Of a stretch of DNA of 32,000 nt, positions 8,955 to 17,580 are shown one piece after another. Below the pieces are notes generated by a model that had not been told where the DNA came from, searched no databases, and saw only the letters and a program-made list of their open reading frames with translations. The stretch spans positions 540,001 to 572,000 of the forward strand of contig NZ_CP043316.1 of NCBI RefSeq assembly GCF_008189405.1, given 5' to 3'. The position numbers and the translations under genes are program-made. The stretch's first letter is position 1. Each line of letters starts with the position of its first letter. This DNA comes from Candidatus Saccharimonadota bacterium (lineage in GTDB: Bacteria > Pseudomonadota > Alphaproteobacteria > CAJXXZ01 > 1604HC).

Positions 8955-9303
8955 TTTAATGAGCATTATAATTTGAGATGCATATAAATGGCATCAGCAA
9001 TCTACGATTGTAGGATACTGATCTCTCGGTATTCAAAATTTACAACATAATGATTTATATAAAGTACAAAATTCCATATAATGAATTTAATGAGCATTAT
9101 AATTTTGGATACTGATCTCTCGGTATTCAAAATTTACAACATAATGATTTATATAAAGTACAAAATTCCATATAATGAATTTAATGAGCATTATAATTTT
9201 GGATACTGATCTCTCGGTATTCAAAATTTACAACATAATGATTTATATAAAGTACAAAATTCCATATAATGAATTTAATGAGCATTATAATTTTGGATAC
9301 TGA
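8955..9303. repeat. Tandem repeat of three identical 94-bp units (9013-9106, 9107-9200, 9201-9294), with a partial interrupted copy upstream (8955-9012) and a 9-nt terminal partial (9295-9303)
   Basis: Direct comparison shows the three units are identical base for base. Each unit ends with atgaatttaatgagcattataatttt and is followed by ggatactga, which together form the first 35 nt of dnaQ. The leftmost copy has tttaatgagcattataattt, then a 38-nt unique insert (8975-9012), before ggatactga resumes. Confidence 0.95.
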
Positions 9304-9910
9304 AACAACTGGACTAAACAATAAAGAAGATAGAATTGTTGAAATTGGATGTGTAGAATTGCATAATTCCGAATATACTGGACGCAAATTACATTTATAT
9401 ATTAACCCAGAAAAAGAAATGTGTGAGACAGTACAAAAAGTACATGGCATTACAAATGCATTCCTAAAAAATAAACCATTATTCAAAGATATATATAAAG
9501 AGTTTCTAGATTTTGTGAAAGATTCAACGATTGTTGCACATAATGCAAAGTTTGATATGGGATTTTTAAATGCTGAACTAGATAGGCAAAAACAGCCAAA
9601 ATTGAGTAATAAAGTAATAGATACCTTAGCCACAGCAAGAAAAATGTTTCCTGGATCACCAGCAAACTTAAATGCACTGGCCAAACGATTCAATATATCA
9701 CTTCATGAAAGAACATTACATGGTGCTTTAATTGATGCTAAAATTTTATCCAAAGTATATCTAGCGCTTTATCAGCCAAAACAAGAATCACTGTTTTCTA
9801 CAAATGAAAAAACTGTTGTGAAAAAGTCAAAACAAAATAATTATAAAATCCAATTATCAGATGAAGAAATTAATGCACACAATCAGATAATGAATGAATT
9901 AAAAGGATAA
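9269..9910 (+). CDS. dnaQ: DNA polymerase III subunit epsilon (3'-5' proofreading exonuclease)
   Basis: The DEDDh motifs are ExoI IILDTETTGL, ExoII VAHNAKFDMGFL and ExoIII HGALIDAKILSKVYLAL. Confidence 0.9.
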   Translation: MNLMSIIILDTETTGLNNKEDRIVEIGCVELHNSEYTGRKLHLYINPEKEMCETVQKVHGITNAFLKNKPLFKDIYKEFLDFVKDSTIVAHNAKFDMGFLNAELDRQKQPKLSNKVIDTLATARKMFPGSPANLNALAKRFNISLHERTLHGALIDAKILSKVYLALYQPKQESLFSTNEKTVVKKSKQNNYKIQLSDEEINAHNQIMNELKG

Positions 9911-9912
9911 CA

Positions 9913-10947
9913 ATGAATTTAGGAAAAAATACTTTTTTTATACAAACGAATGATGATCTTAGTAATTTTGAAAAAGAAATCAATAAAAACCCAACAGTTA
10001 TATATTTTGATACAGAGTTTTACAGACGCAATACTTACTGGTCTCAACTATGCTTAATGCAAATCAAAGTTGACAATAAAATAGCGATGATTGATACGCA
10101 GAATGTGAATATCAAAGGTACATTTATTGCAGATCTATTTGCAAACAGTGCAATATTAAAAGTATGCCATGCTTGTGAACAAGATCTAAGTGTATTAAAA
10201 CACGCAGAAATCCCTATAGAAAATTGCTTTGATACACAGATTGGGGCTGCATTTTGTAAAATGGGCTATGGATTATCGTATCAAACTTTAGTATCTAAAT
10301 TACTTGATATTGAATTAAACAAATCGTATCAAGATGCATTATGGAACAAAAGACCTCTGACAGATGAAATGCTATCTTATGCTAAAAATGATGTGCTTCA
10401 CTTAGACCAAATATTCAACAAATTGTATGTGCAATTAGATAAAACAAATAGAGTGCATTGGGTTCAAGAAGAAGTATCAAGCATTAAACATAACCCAAAG
10501 AAAAAACCTATGTTACATTTATGGAGAGATAAGTTAGCTCAAGAGAAAAATTTACCACCTTCATGGATATTAAATAATAAAACATTACATGCACTAGCTT
10601 CTGAAACAAATATAGCAAAAATAAAACAAATGCTACCTAATAAATTACAGTGTTATACTCAGGATGTTTTAGATATGATAAATGCTGCACCAAAATATAA
10701 AGACTTAATCGACACCAATTTACACAATATATTATCCATACTGATTAAGATAATTGCAGAATCTGAAAATATTCCAGCAAGCTGGTTATGTAATGCTGAA
10801 AATATACGATTTATTTGCAGTAATAAAAAAATGCCTTACAAATTTGGATGGAGATATGACATCTTACAAAATAATGTTCATGCATTGCTAAATGGGAAAA
10901 TCGGCATATTCTACATTGATAATAAACTATGCATTATAGATTTATAA
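9913..10947 (+). CDS. rnd: Ribonuclease D (DEDDy 3'-5' exonuclease)
   Basis: The motifs are IYFDTEF (ExoI), HACEQDLSVL (ExoII) and YAKNDVLHL (ExoIII with Tyr). A C-terminal helical HRDC-like region follows. The gene starts 2 nt after the dnaQ stop. Confidence 0.85.
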   Translation: MNLGKNTFFIQTNDDLSNFEKEINKNPTVIYFDTEFYRRNTYWSQLCLMQIKVDNKIAMIDTQNVNIKGTFIADLFANSAILKVCHACEQDLSVLKHAEIPIENCFDTQIGAAFCKMGYGLSYQTLVSKLLDIELNKSYQDALWNKRPLTDEMLSYAKNDVLHLDQIFNKLYVQLDKTNRVHWVQEEVSSIKHNPKKKPMLHLWRDKLAQEKNLPPSWILNNKTLHALASETNIAKIKQMLPNKLQCYTQDVLDMINAAPKYKDLIDTNLHNILSILIKIIAESENIPASWLCNAENIRFICSNKKMPYKFGWRYDILQNNVHALLNGKIGIFYIDNKLCIIDL

Positions 10948-10966
10948 TATGCTCAGCATGCTCAAC

Positions 10967-11629
10967 TTATAAAGTATGATTTTTATCATAAAACATTGTT
11001 CTTTGTGGATGTCGAAAATCAATAACGGAACTCCAAGGAGCATTTGCAGGTAAAGTTAGGTAACGAACAATACACTGCTCCATATTATTATCCATACATT
11101 TTATTTTTACATTATTATTAATAATAATATCAAATCTTAATTCTCTCATACGCTCGATTTCTGTAATATAATCTGCAAATTCTGGATACTTCAATAATTT
11201 ATTCAAAACATCTCTCATTTCATGCTCAACAAATGTACCACGAAATTTAATTCTGGAAATTGGGTAATTCTGCTTAGGAATATGAGATTTTGGAAGCTTC
11301 TTCCCATTAATATTAATATAATAATTGTAGCTATATTCAAATATTGGAATCTCTTCCTCAAGAAAAACAACAATTTCATTAGGCCATATTTTCCTTATTA
11401 TACAATCTCTGACCCAATGTAGTTTGAGGATATTTTTCTTTGTTTTATTTATATCAAAATTGTACATATTCGTAGAGTTAACAGATTTTTTAATATCATC
11501 ATAATTAGTCACAATATTACCAAATACAGTAATCGTATTAATTTTGTGCATTTTTAACTGTTTTGCATAAAACAAAAATGTAAATATTAATATAGTAATA
11601 GTGATAATAATCCTAAATTTACTCTTCAT
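10967..11629 (-). CDS. ftsQ: Cell division protein FtsQ (N-terminal TM anchor plus POTRA domain)
   Basis: The TM segment is FRIIITITILIFTFLFY. The POTRA region is INTITVFGNIVTNYDDIKKSV ... LHWVRDCIIRKIWPNEIVVFLEEEIP, which fits the FtsQ consensus (pWV..a.V.r.wPn.l.i.v.E). Confidence 0.8.
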   Translation of the reverse strand: MKSKFRIIITITILIFTFLFYAKQLKMHKINTITVFGNIVTNYDDIKKSVNSTNMYNFDINKTKKNILKLHWVRDCIIRKIWPNEIVVFLEEEIPIFEYSYNYYININGKKLPKSHIPKQNYPISRIKFRGTFVEHEMRDVLNKLLKYPEFADYITEIERMRELRFDIIINNNVKIKCMDNNMEQCIVRYLTLPANAPWSSVIDFRHPQRTMFYDKNHTL

Positions 11630-11829
11630 AAATACATTTTATCTTTTATCTTCTCGAAATTATAGCGTAATTTAGCTTGTATTCATATTTTTCAATTCAT
11701 GGTACAAATTGAGTGAGTAAACGTGTATGTTATACAAATTAAATGGGTTGATATTATATAAAATAAATAGGTATATATTAGGCGCACTAAATGAGTGGTT
11801 ATACATGTATAAAATTGAAGAAAGAAAAT

Positions 11830-13770
11830 ATGTATAATTTAAATTCAAATCAGGAATTAGCTGTTAAATGCAGGAAAAATTTGCTCATTGTAGCTGGTGC
11901 TGGTACAGGAAAAACCAAAACACTAGTAAGTAAAATTTCATATTATATTGAGCAAGGGTTCATTCTACCACATCAGGTAATTGCCACAACTTTTACCAAC
12001 AAGGCAGCTCATGAAATGAAGAAAAGATTAGAGGATAACTTAGGCAATCTGGCATCCATGATTTCGATTGGAACATTTCATAAATTATCCTTAAATATCG
12101 TACAAGAAAATGCAGAAATACTAGGTTTTAAAAGCGTACAAGTATTACCTTATGATGATCAATTGCAATTAATCAGGAAAATCATTGGACATATGAAATA
12201 CAAAGCATTAAAACCAAGCCAATTATTAGAAATGTTACAACGTGCTAAAGAAAAAGATGTATTTGATGGCTTAGGATTAATTGAACGTGATATCTTAGAT
12301 ATTTACCAAAAAAGATTAAAAGATATGAATGCTGTGGATTTCGCAGATCTTCTAGCAAACACAATAAAATTATGGGAAGCTAACCCTGAAATCTTAGAAA
12401 AATATAGAGAACAGTATAAATTAATTTGCATTGATGAATATCAAGATATTAATGAAGCTCAACACCGATGGCTCAAATTATTATGTGGAGATAACAACCA
12501 AATTTGTTGTGTTGGAGATCCTGATCAAGCTATTTATGCATTCCGTGGATCAGATATAAAGTATATTTTAAGTTTTCATGATGAGTTTAAAAATTCAGAA
12601 AAAGTTATATTGGATCAAAATTACAGATCAACAGATAAGATCATTCATAATGCTAACTCACTAATCAAACACAATAAAAGCAGAATAGAGAAAAATTTAA
12701 TTGCGAACACTACATCACACCGTAATGTTGATGTATTTATTGGGATGCATGAGCGAGAAGAAAGTGTAGAGATTTGCAAATTAATTGCAAAAGAGAAATC
12801 TGAAAATCCTAATGCGACAATTGCAGTTTTATTTAGAACTTCAAGCCAAATGGACTCAATGGAAGAGAGTTTATTAAATGCGAATATTAAATATTCAATT
12901 GTTGGATCTATTCAATTGCTAGATAGAGCTGAGGTAAAGGATATTATTTCATATGTAAGGTTCTTTGCAAACACAAATGATTTGATGGCTTTTAATAGGT
13001 TGATGCAAGCGCCAAAAAGTGGAATAGGGCAAACTACTTTAGATAAAATTGGAAATGCAGATGGAGATAGCGTTAAAGAGAAAATTGAAAATCTGCAAAG
13101 CAGTTTGAATGCTGGAACTTATCAAAAGCTACAAGATATCATGGGCAAGTGGGATAAATGGCGTACACTTAATTTGGAGTTTCCTGTATTAATGGAGAAA
13201 ATCGTACATGAATCTGGTTTGTTTGAATCGCTAGAAAAGCATAGACAAGAAAATATTGTAAGATGGCTTGATTCGATTACAGATTTTAAGAATGCAGAAG
13301 AATATGTCAATTATGTTTTATGGAGTAATATTAAATCTGATGATGATAATGATGTGCAATTAATGACTGTACATGCAGCTAAAGGGTTAGAATTTGATGT
13401 TGTATTTCTACCTGGATGGGAAGAAGGGTTATTTCCACATATTAGATCAAGAGCAAACACAGAAGAAGAGCGAAGATTAGCATACGTTGCATTAACACGA
13501 GCAAAGTCTTACTTGGCTATTTCCTATGCACAAAGCAGAATGCAACATGGCCGATATGCATCTGCAATTCCATCAAGATTTTTACGTGAATTAGATTCAA
13601 AAACTATTGTGTTCAAATCTTTCAAACAAAAAGGAATGATTGGTAAAAAAGTATTTCATGATGTTTTTGGATATGGAATTGTAGAGGAGACTGGGGCCAA
13701 TCATGCTCAAATAGCCTTTGGAAGCACTGTGAAAGTAGTGCCCCTAGATAGTCTAATAGAATGCCAATAA
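11830..13770 (+). CDS. uvrD: ATP-dependent DNA helicase, UvrD/PcrA/Rep family (SF1)
   Basis: The helicase motifs are AGAGTGKT (I), TFTNKAAHEM (Ia), CIDEYQDIN (II), GDPDQAIYAFRGS (III), QNYRS (IV), VHAAKGLEFDVVFLPG and YVALTRAK (VI). I chose the ATG at 11830 (MYNLNSNQELAV) because homologues start about 10 aa before LN..Q..AV. The ORF track start at 11791 is an alternative. Confidence 0.9.
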   Translation: MYNLNSNQELAVKCRKNLLIVAGAGTGKTKTLVSKISYYIEQGFILPHQVIATTFTNKAAHEMKKRLEDNLGNLASMISIGTFHKLSLNIVQENAEILGFKSVQVLPYDDQLQLIRKIIGHMKYKALKPSQLLEMLQRAKEKDVFDGLGLIERDILDIYQKRLKDMNAVDFADLLANTIKLWEANPEILEKYREQYKLICIDEYQDINEAQHRWLKLLCGDNNQICCVGDPDQAIYAFRGSDIKYILSFHDEFKNSEKVILDQNYRSTDKIIHNANSLIKHNKSRIEKNLIANTTSHRNVDVFIGMHEREESVEICKLIAKEKSENPNATIAVLFRTSSQMDSMEESLLNANIKYSIVGSIQLLDRAEVKDIISYVRFFANTNDLMAFNRLMQAPKSGIGQTTLDKIGNADGDSVKEKIENLQSSLNAGTYQKLQDIMGKWDKWRTLNLEFPVLMEKIVHESGLFESLEKHRQENIVRWLDSITDFKNAEEYVNYVLWSNIKSDDDNDVQLMTVHAAKGLEFDVVFLPGWEEGLFPHIRSRANTEEERRLAYVALTRAKSYLAISYAQSRMQHGRYASAIPSRFLRELDSKTIVFKSFKQKGMIGKKVFHDVFGYGIVEETGANHAQIAFGSTVKVVPLDSLIECQ

Positions 13771-13862
13771 TCAGTTGGCGTGATTAAACATCAATTTATA
13801 GCAATATATCAAAAATACTAGCTATCATAAATTGTGCGTAGAAAACAACCACACAAGAATAT

Positions 13863-14663
13863 TCAAAGTAAATTTTTACTACACTTTTCATGATATATAA
13901 TCCATTGCTTTCGCTTTACTCCACCAGCATATCCTCCAAGGTTCCCGTTATGATTAACAATACGATGACATGGAATAATTATAGAGAACTTATTTGCACT
14001 ATTTGCATTAGCTACTGCCCTAAATGCTTTACTATTCCCTACAGCTTTTGCCTGCTCCAAATAACTTCGTGTTTGTCCATATGGGATATCCATTAATGCA
14101 TGCCATGCCTTTTTTTGAAAATCACTACCAACCAAATGGATCGGAGTTTTGAATTCCTGCAACTTTCCATCAAAATATAATGCAAGTTCTTTCTGAATCA
14201 TATCAATATGATCTGTTCCTCCTAGTACAATAGTCGCCTTCTTATCTATAATTAACTTCTCAATTGCTCTTCCCATACTACGCTGACTAACAAATTTCAA
14301 TAAATGCAAACCATCATTATCGCTAATAGCACACATTGCCCCAAGCTTAGTATCAATAAAACATGCATTTAACATCGCAGCATTATTGCCAATATTCAAT
14401 CCATTAGCTCTACTCTTGAAAAAATTATCTGCATAAGAAATATTGCATAGGTTATCATCATTAGTATTGCGAAAATCCTCTATATCACCAATAATACTGT
14501 CACCTTTCTTCACTATATCATCGCTTCCTTGCATTGGTGCAAATGTATCTTTCATACATTTTGCATATTCAATAAATAAATCCCTATGATCTTTTGTATA
14601 ATTAGAAGATTTTGCTACATATTTCTCGTCAGGCCTTTTTACAATCACTACCATTCCATACAT
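13863..14663 (-). CDS. ogt: Methylated-DNA--protein-cysteine methyltransferase (Ogt/MGMT family) with an N-terminal extension of about 95 aa of unknown nature
   Basis: The active site is IIIPCHRIVNHNGNLGGYAGG (PCHR motif). The DNA-binding region is YGQTRSYLEQAKAVGNSKAFRAVANANSAN. An MGMT N-domain-like segment (ACFIDTKLGAMCAISDNDGLHLLKF) precedes these. Confidence 0.85.
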   Translation of the reverse strand: MYGMVVIVKRPDEKYVAKSSNYTKDHRDLFIEYAKCMKDTFAPMQGSDDIVKKGDSIIGDIEDFRNTNDDNLCNISYADNFFKSRANGLNIGNNAAMLNACFIDTKLGAMCAISDNDGLHLLKFVSQRSMGRAIEKLIIDKKATIVLGGTDHIDMIQKELALYFDGKLQEFKTPIHLVGSDFQKKAWHALMDIPYGQTRSYLEQAKAVGNSKAFRAVANANSANKFSIIIPCHRIVNHNGNLGGYAGGVKRKQWIIYHEKCSKNLL

Positions 14664-14836
14664 TTAATTGATTAGGCATATTAAAGCAATGTATATTTTT
14701 CATTACAATACAAATTGCATTATAATTATGAGCAAACATACAAAATTGACCGTATGAATAATGCTCAAAACTGCAACCTGCCTTGACTTTTGATACAAAA
14801 TGCATCATAAATCATGAAAATGTAACGGGGGATCCA

Positions 14837-16240
14837 ATGAAAAATTCGTTTATACTAGCATTTGTAGCTTTACAAATCTCATCAGGGGGAGATAATACTC
14901 CTCCATCGGACACATTGCTCAATCCTCTTGCAAGTATTGCAGGAACACAGAAAGTCACGGTGCATAAAGCAGGGCTATATGAAAATGACTCTCAAACACT
15001 AGATAGGCATGATTTGAAAGATCTAAATTTATGCGAAACCTCTGAATGTTTAGCCCAAAGCTTAAGTTGCTCATCGCTCAAAATGTACAAAGCAGATTCA
15101 GATACAATGTCCTCTACGAGTGGATTCCATACGTTTGATATAGAGAGCAGTACCTATCAGTCGAAATATGAAGAATATGCAAAGTCCATATCAGATATAT
15201 TTACTGCTTCATATGAAAAACATAACGATGTTGGCATAGATATATCTTGCGATGAAGACACAAAATTATCAGCTGCATATATGTATTATACTCAATATTT
15301 AAAAGATATGTATGATAGAGTAACTGAAGATCTTGAATTAGATATATTGAAAATAGGTCAGCAGTTCCGCAAAATAATAAAAGAACCTCAAAGCCTAATA
15401 CAAAAAAATGAACAATTAAACCGTATTGCTATATATAATGATGAGGTCAATACATTTAAGAATTTTGTACATATACAGTCAGAATTACTGATAAGAGAGC
15501 AATTAATCAATTATGAAAAACTATCATATCAAGAATTAATAATGCGCATACAAATCGTGAATAGCGCTCAAAGTTTTGCGAACTGTGCTACATTACAACA
15601 AGCAGAATTTGTTCAAGCATTCAATATTCAAAAAGAACAGAATCAATTTATGTCAATACTGTATATCGTAATGAATGAAGAAAAAATGAGAATCATAGTG
15701 AATCAAGAAAAAAATCAGGATTTTGTTTTTATAGAAAATGAATTTAAGTTAGCAAACACACAAGAAATGCATACAAGAAATACAAATAGTATGATTATGA
15801 AAATGATGAATATGCTTACTTATAAAGACAGGCAGATTGCACAATTATCTGATAAACTTACTGAACAGCACAAGTTCATACAATTTAATGAAAGTGAGAT
15901 TGACAAACATAAAAAACAATTAGAAATTACGAATCAACAAATTGCAGAATCTAGAGATGAATTTGATGAAAAATTACAAGAAATGGAAAATCATAATGCT
16001 CAGGAAATCACAGCATTGAAAGAAGCAAATACTGCTCTACAAAAAGAACTCACTAAACAATCAGAGTTAACAGAGCAAATACGACCTAAAGGGGATTTAA
16101 GCATTAATGCTACGAATATACATATAAGTAATTGTGATGTAAAGGATCTTAAACATATGCCTGTGGGAAGTTTGCAAATTGTTGCAAATGATTTATCTAT
16201 ACTATTGCACAATGGAAATTCAGTGATTTATGCTAAATAA
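14837..16240 (+). CDS. Hypothetical secreted protein with a long C-terminal coiled-coil region (467 aa from the ATG at 14837)
   Basis: The ATG at 14837 is preceded by gggggatcca (SD-like) and begins a signal-peptide-like MKNSFILAFVALQISSGG. The C-terminal third is heptad-like and Q/E/K-rich (QIAQLSDKLTEQHKFIQFNESEIDKHKKQLEITNQQIAESRDEFDEKLQEMENHNAQEITALKEANTALQKELTKQSELTEQ). The ORF track start at 14783 is a TTG. Confidence 0.6.
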   Translation: MKNSFILAFVALQISSGGDNTPPSDTLLNPLASIAGTQKVTVHKAGLYENDSQTLDRHDLKDLNLCETSECLAQSLSCSSLKMYKADSDTMSSTSGFHTFDIESSTYQSKYEEYAKSISDIFTASYEKHNDVGIDISCDEDTKLSAAYMYYTQYLKDMYDRVTEDLELDILKIGQQFRKIIKEPQSLIQKNEQLNRIAIYNDEVNTFKNFVHIQSELLIREQLINYEKLSYQELIMRIQIVNSAQSFANCATLQQAEFVQAFNIQKEQNQFMSILYIVMNEEKMRIIVNQEKNQDFVFIENEFKLANTQEMHTRNTNSMIMKMMNMLTYKDRQIAQLSDKLTEQHKFIQFNESEIDKHKKQLEITNQQIAESRDEFDEKLQEMENHNAQEITALKEANTALQKELTKQSELTEQIRPKGDLSINATNIHISNCDVKDLKHMPVGSLQIVANDLSILLHNGNSVIYAK

Positions 16241-16470
16241 TTCTTAAATTCAATCATGATGATTTAAAATATACGCATACAATTCGTAATATATTTACAA
16301 AAGAATTTGAAAATTGACAACCTATAGAGTTTATTAAATCACAATAAATCATAAATGTGATTACGCTTTTGATCTGCACTACAATGTAAGATTTTTAATT
16401 ATTTTCACTCAAAGTATAATAGCACCCACATTCACAATTCACGTAAAAACAGCAAACATTCCAAGAAAAA

Positions 16471-16836
16471 TCACTTCAAGCAAATTCTAATAATATGCCC
16501 ATCTGGGTCTGCAATAACGAAAGTACGACCATATGGTTCAGTAATTGGCTCTTGCACAACTTTAGCACCAACTTCATTTTTACATGTTTCAAAAAATCGA
16601 TTGACATCATCCTCAGATGGTAACATGATCCCAATTTCAGAATATCTTGGAGTATCTGCATCAGGCTTTTTCATAGAGCATATCGCAAAAATCGCTTCTC
16701 CTCCTGCAGAAAATGCTACGTAATTATCCATCTCGGTCACTGGCTTTGCATTAAATAATTTCGTATAAAATGCTGCAGAATCCTTGATATCTGATACATA
16801 AACTAGCTGTAAATTTGGTTTGGGTGATATTGTCAT
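16471..16836 (-). CDS. VOC-family (glyoxalase/bleomycin-resistance/dioxygenase fold) protein
   Basis: The size is about 120 aa. The pattern L.YV.D...S..FY..LF ... and the C-terminal GRTFVIADPDGHIIRI are typical of VOC proteins. I chose the ATG at 16836 because a strong SD (TAGGAG) lies 5 nt upstream. The ORF track start is 16851. Confidence 0.75.
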   Translation of the reverse strand: MTISPKPNLQLVYVSDIKDSAAFYTKLFNAKPVTEMDNYVAFSAGGEAIFAICSMKKPDADTPRYSEIGIMLPSEDDVNRFFETCKNEVGAKVVQEPITEPYGRTFVIADPDGHIIRICLK

Positions 16837-17090
16837 AAAAACTCCTATCAATCACAAGATACCACTAATAAATTTTATGTCAAACTCAATGAGAATTAAT
16901 ATATCAATGTTATACTCAGCTAAATGCAAAACATGTTCAATTAATTTTCATAAATGCATAATTCTGCATATTTAAAACATGCCAAATTAGGAATACTAGC
17001 ACCAATTGTGGTAAATAGGATATGTACATAGAGCAGAATGATTACAGCCTCTTTCTTTGCCCAGAATTTGAAATTCACTGACGTGGAATA

Positions 17091-17316
17091 TGAATGCCTA
17101 CTATAGTGAGCATAGCGAATCTATAGCATGGAAGGAACAAAATGCATTTAATTTCTAATAAGCAAAGATTATATGTGTAAGAAATTAGATATCAGGTTAG
17201 GCATGAAGCATGAATGCCTACTATAGTGAACAAAGTGAACCTATAGCATGGAAGGAACAAAATGCATTTAATTTCTAATAAGCAAAGATTATATGTGTAA
17301 GAAATTAGATATCAGG
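17091..17316. repeat. Direct duplication of a 106-bp element (17091-17196 and 17211-17316, period 120 bp), abutting the 3' end of tRNA-Ser
   Basis: The copies differ at 4 of 106 positions. All four differences lie between two self-complementary CTATAG hexamers (gagcatagcgaatc versus gaacaaagtgaacc). The 14-nt linker plus the start of copy 2 forms an inverted repeat, TAGGCAT-n9-ATGCCTA. Confidence 0.9.
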
Positions 17317-17400
17317 AAGGGAAGGGATTCGAACCCTCGATACGTTTAACCGTATACATGCTTTCCAAGCAGGCGCCTTCAGCCACTCGGCCACCCTTCC
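17314..17400 (-). tRNA. tRNA-Ser (anticodon GGA), long variable arm
   Basis: The reverse complement is GGAAGGGTGGCCGAGTGGCTGAAGGCGCCTGCTTGGAAAGCATGTATACGGTTAAACGTATCGAGGGTTCGAATCCCTTCCCTTCC. The acceptor is GGAAGGG/CCCTTCC, the anticodon loop TT-GGA-AA and the variable arm ATACG/CGTAT. The T loop is TTCGAAT. It is close to E. coli tRNA-Ser(GGA). Confidence 0.9.
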
Positions 17401-17407
17401 TAATCAA

Positions 17408-17481
17408 TCGGGGCGAGAAGATTCGAACTTCCGACCCCCTGCTCCCAAAGCAGATGCGCTACCAGACTGCGCTACGCCCCG
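17408..17481 (-). tRNA. tRNA-Pro (anticodon UGG)
   Basis: The reverse complement is CGGGGCGTAGCGCAGTCTGGTAGCGCATCTGCTTTGGGAGCAGGGGGTCGGAAGTTCGAATCTTCTCGCCCCGA. The acceptor is CGGGGCG/CGCCCCG, the anticodon loop TT-TGG-GA and the T loop TTCGAAT. It resembles E. coli tRNA-Pro. Confidence 0.92.
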
Positions 17482-17580
17482 ATGAATAAATAGTACAATA
17501 CCTCTATATAAAACACAATATTCACCCTAAAGAACACACTAAACATATCAAACTTCCCCACCATACTGTAGAATATTATT

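Noticed and set aside
8955-9303. Whether the 94-bp repeats form a CRISPR array.
   Set aside because: The units are directly abutting with no unique spacers, the unit length is far above CRISPR repeat size, and no cas gene is present in the window.
9181-9693. A 170-aa minus-strand ORF spanning the tandem repeat and the dnaQ 5' half.
   Set aside because: It is antisense to dnaQ, which has all three Exo motifs, and it starts inside repeat DNA. It is most likely spurious.
14783-14836. The TTG start at 14783 proposed by the ORF track for the coiled-coil protein.
   Set aside because: The ATG at 14837 has an SD-like G-run upstream and begins a signal-peptide-like sequence. The 18 extra residues would bury it.
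17091-17481. Whether the duplicated element next to tRNA-Ser/tRNA-Pro marks att sites of an integrated mobile element.
   Set aside because: The repeat shares only 3 nt with the tRNA 3' end, so there is no duplicated tRNA fragment. The copies are adjacent rather than flanking cargo, and no integrase or other mobile-element gene lies nearby.
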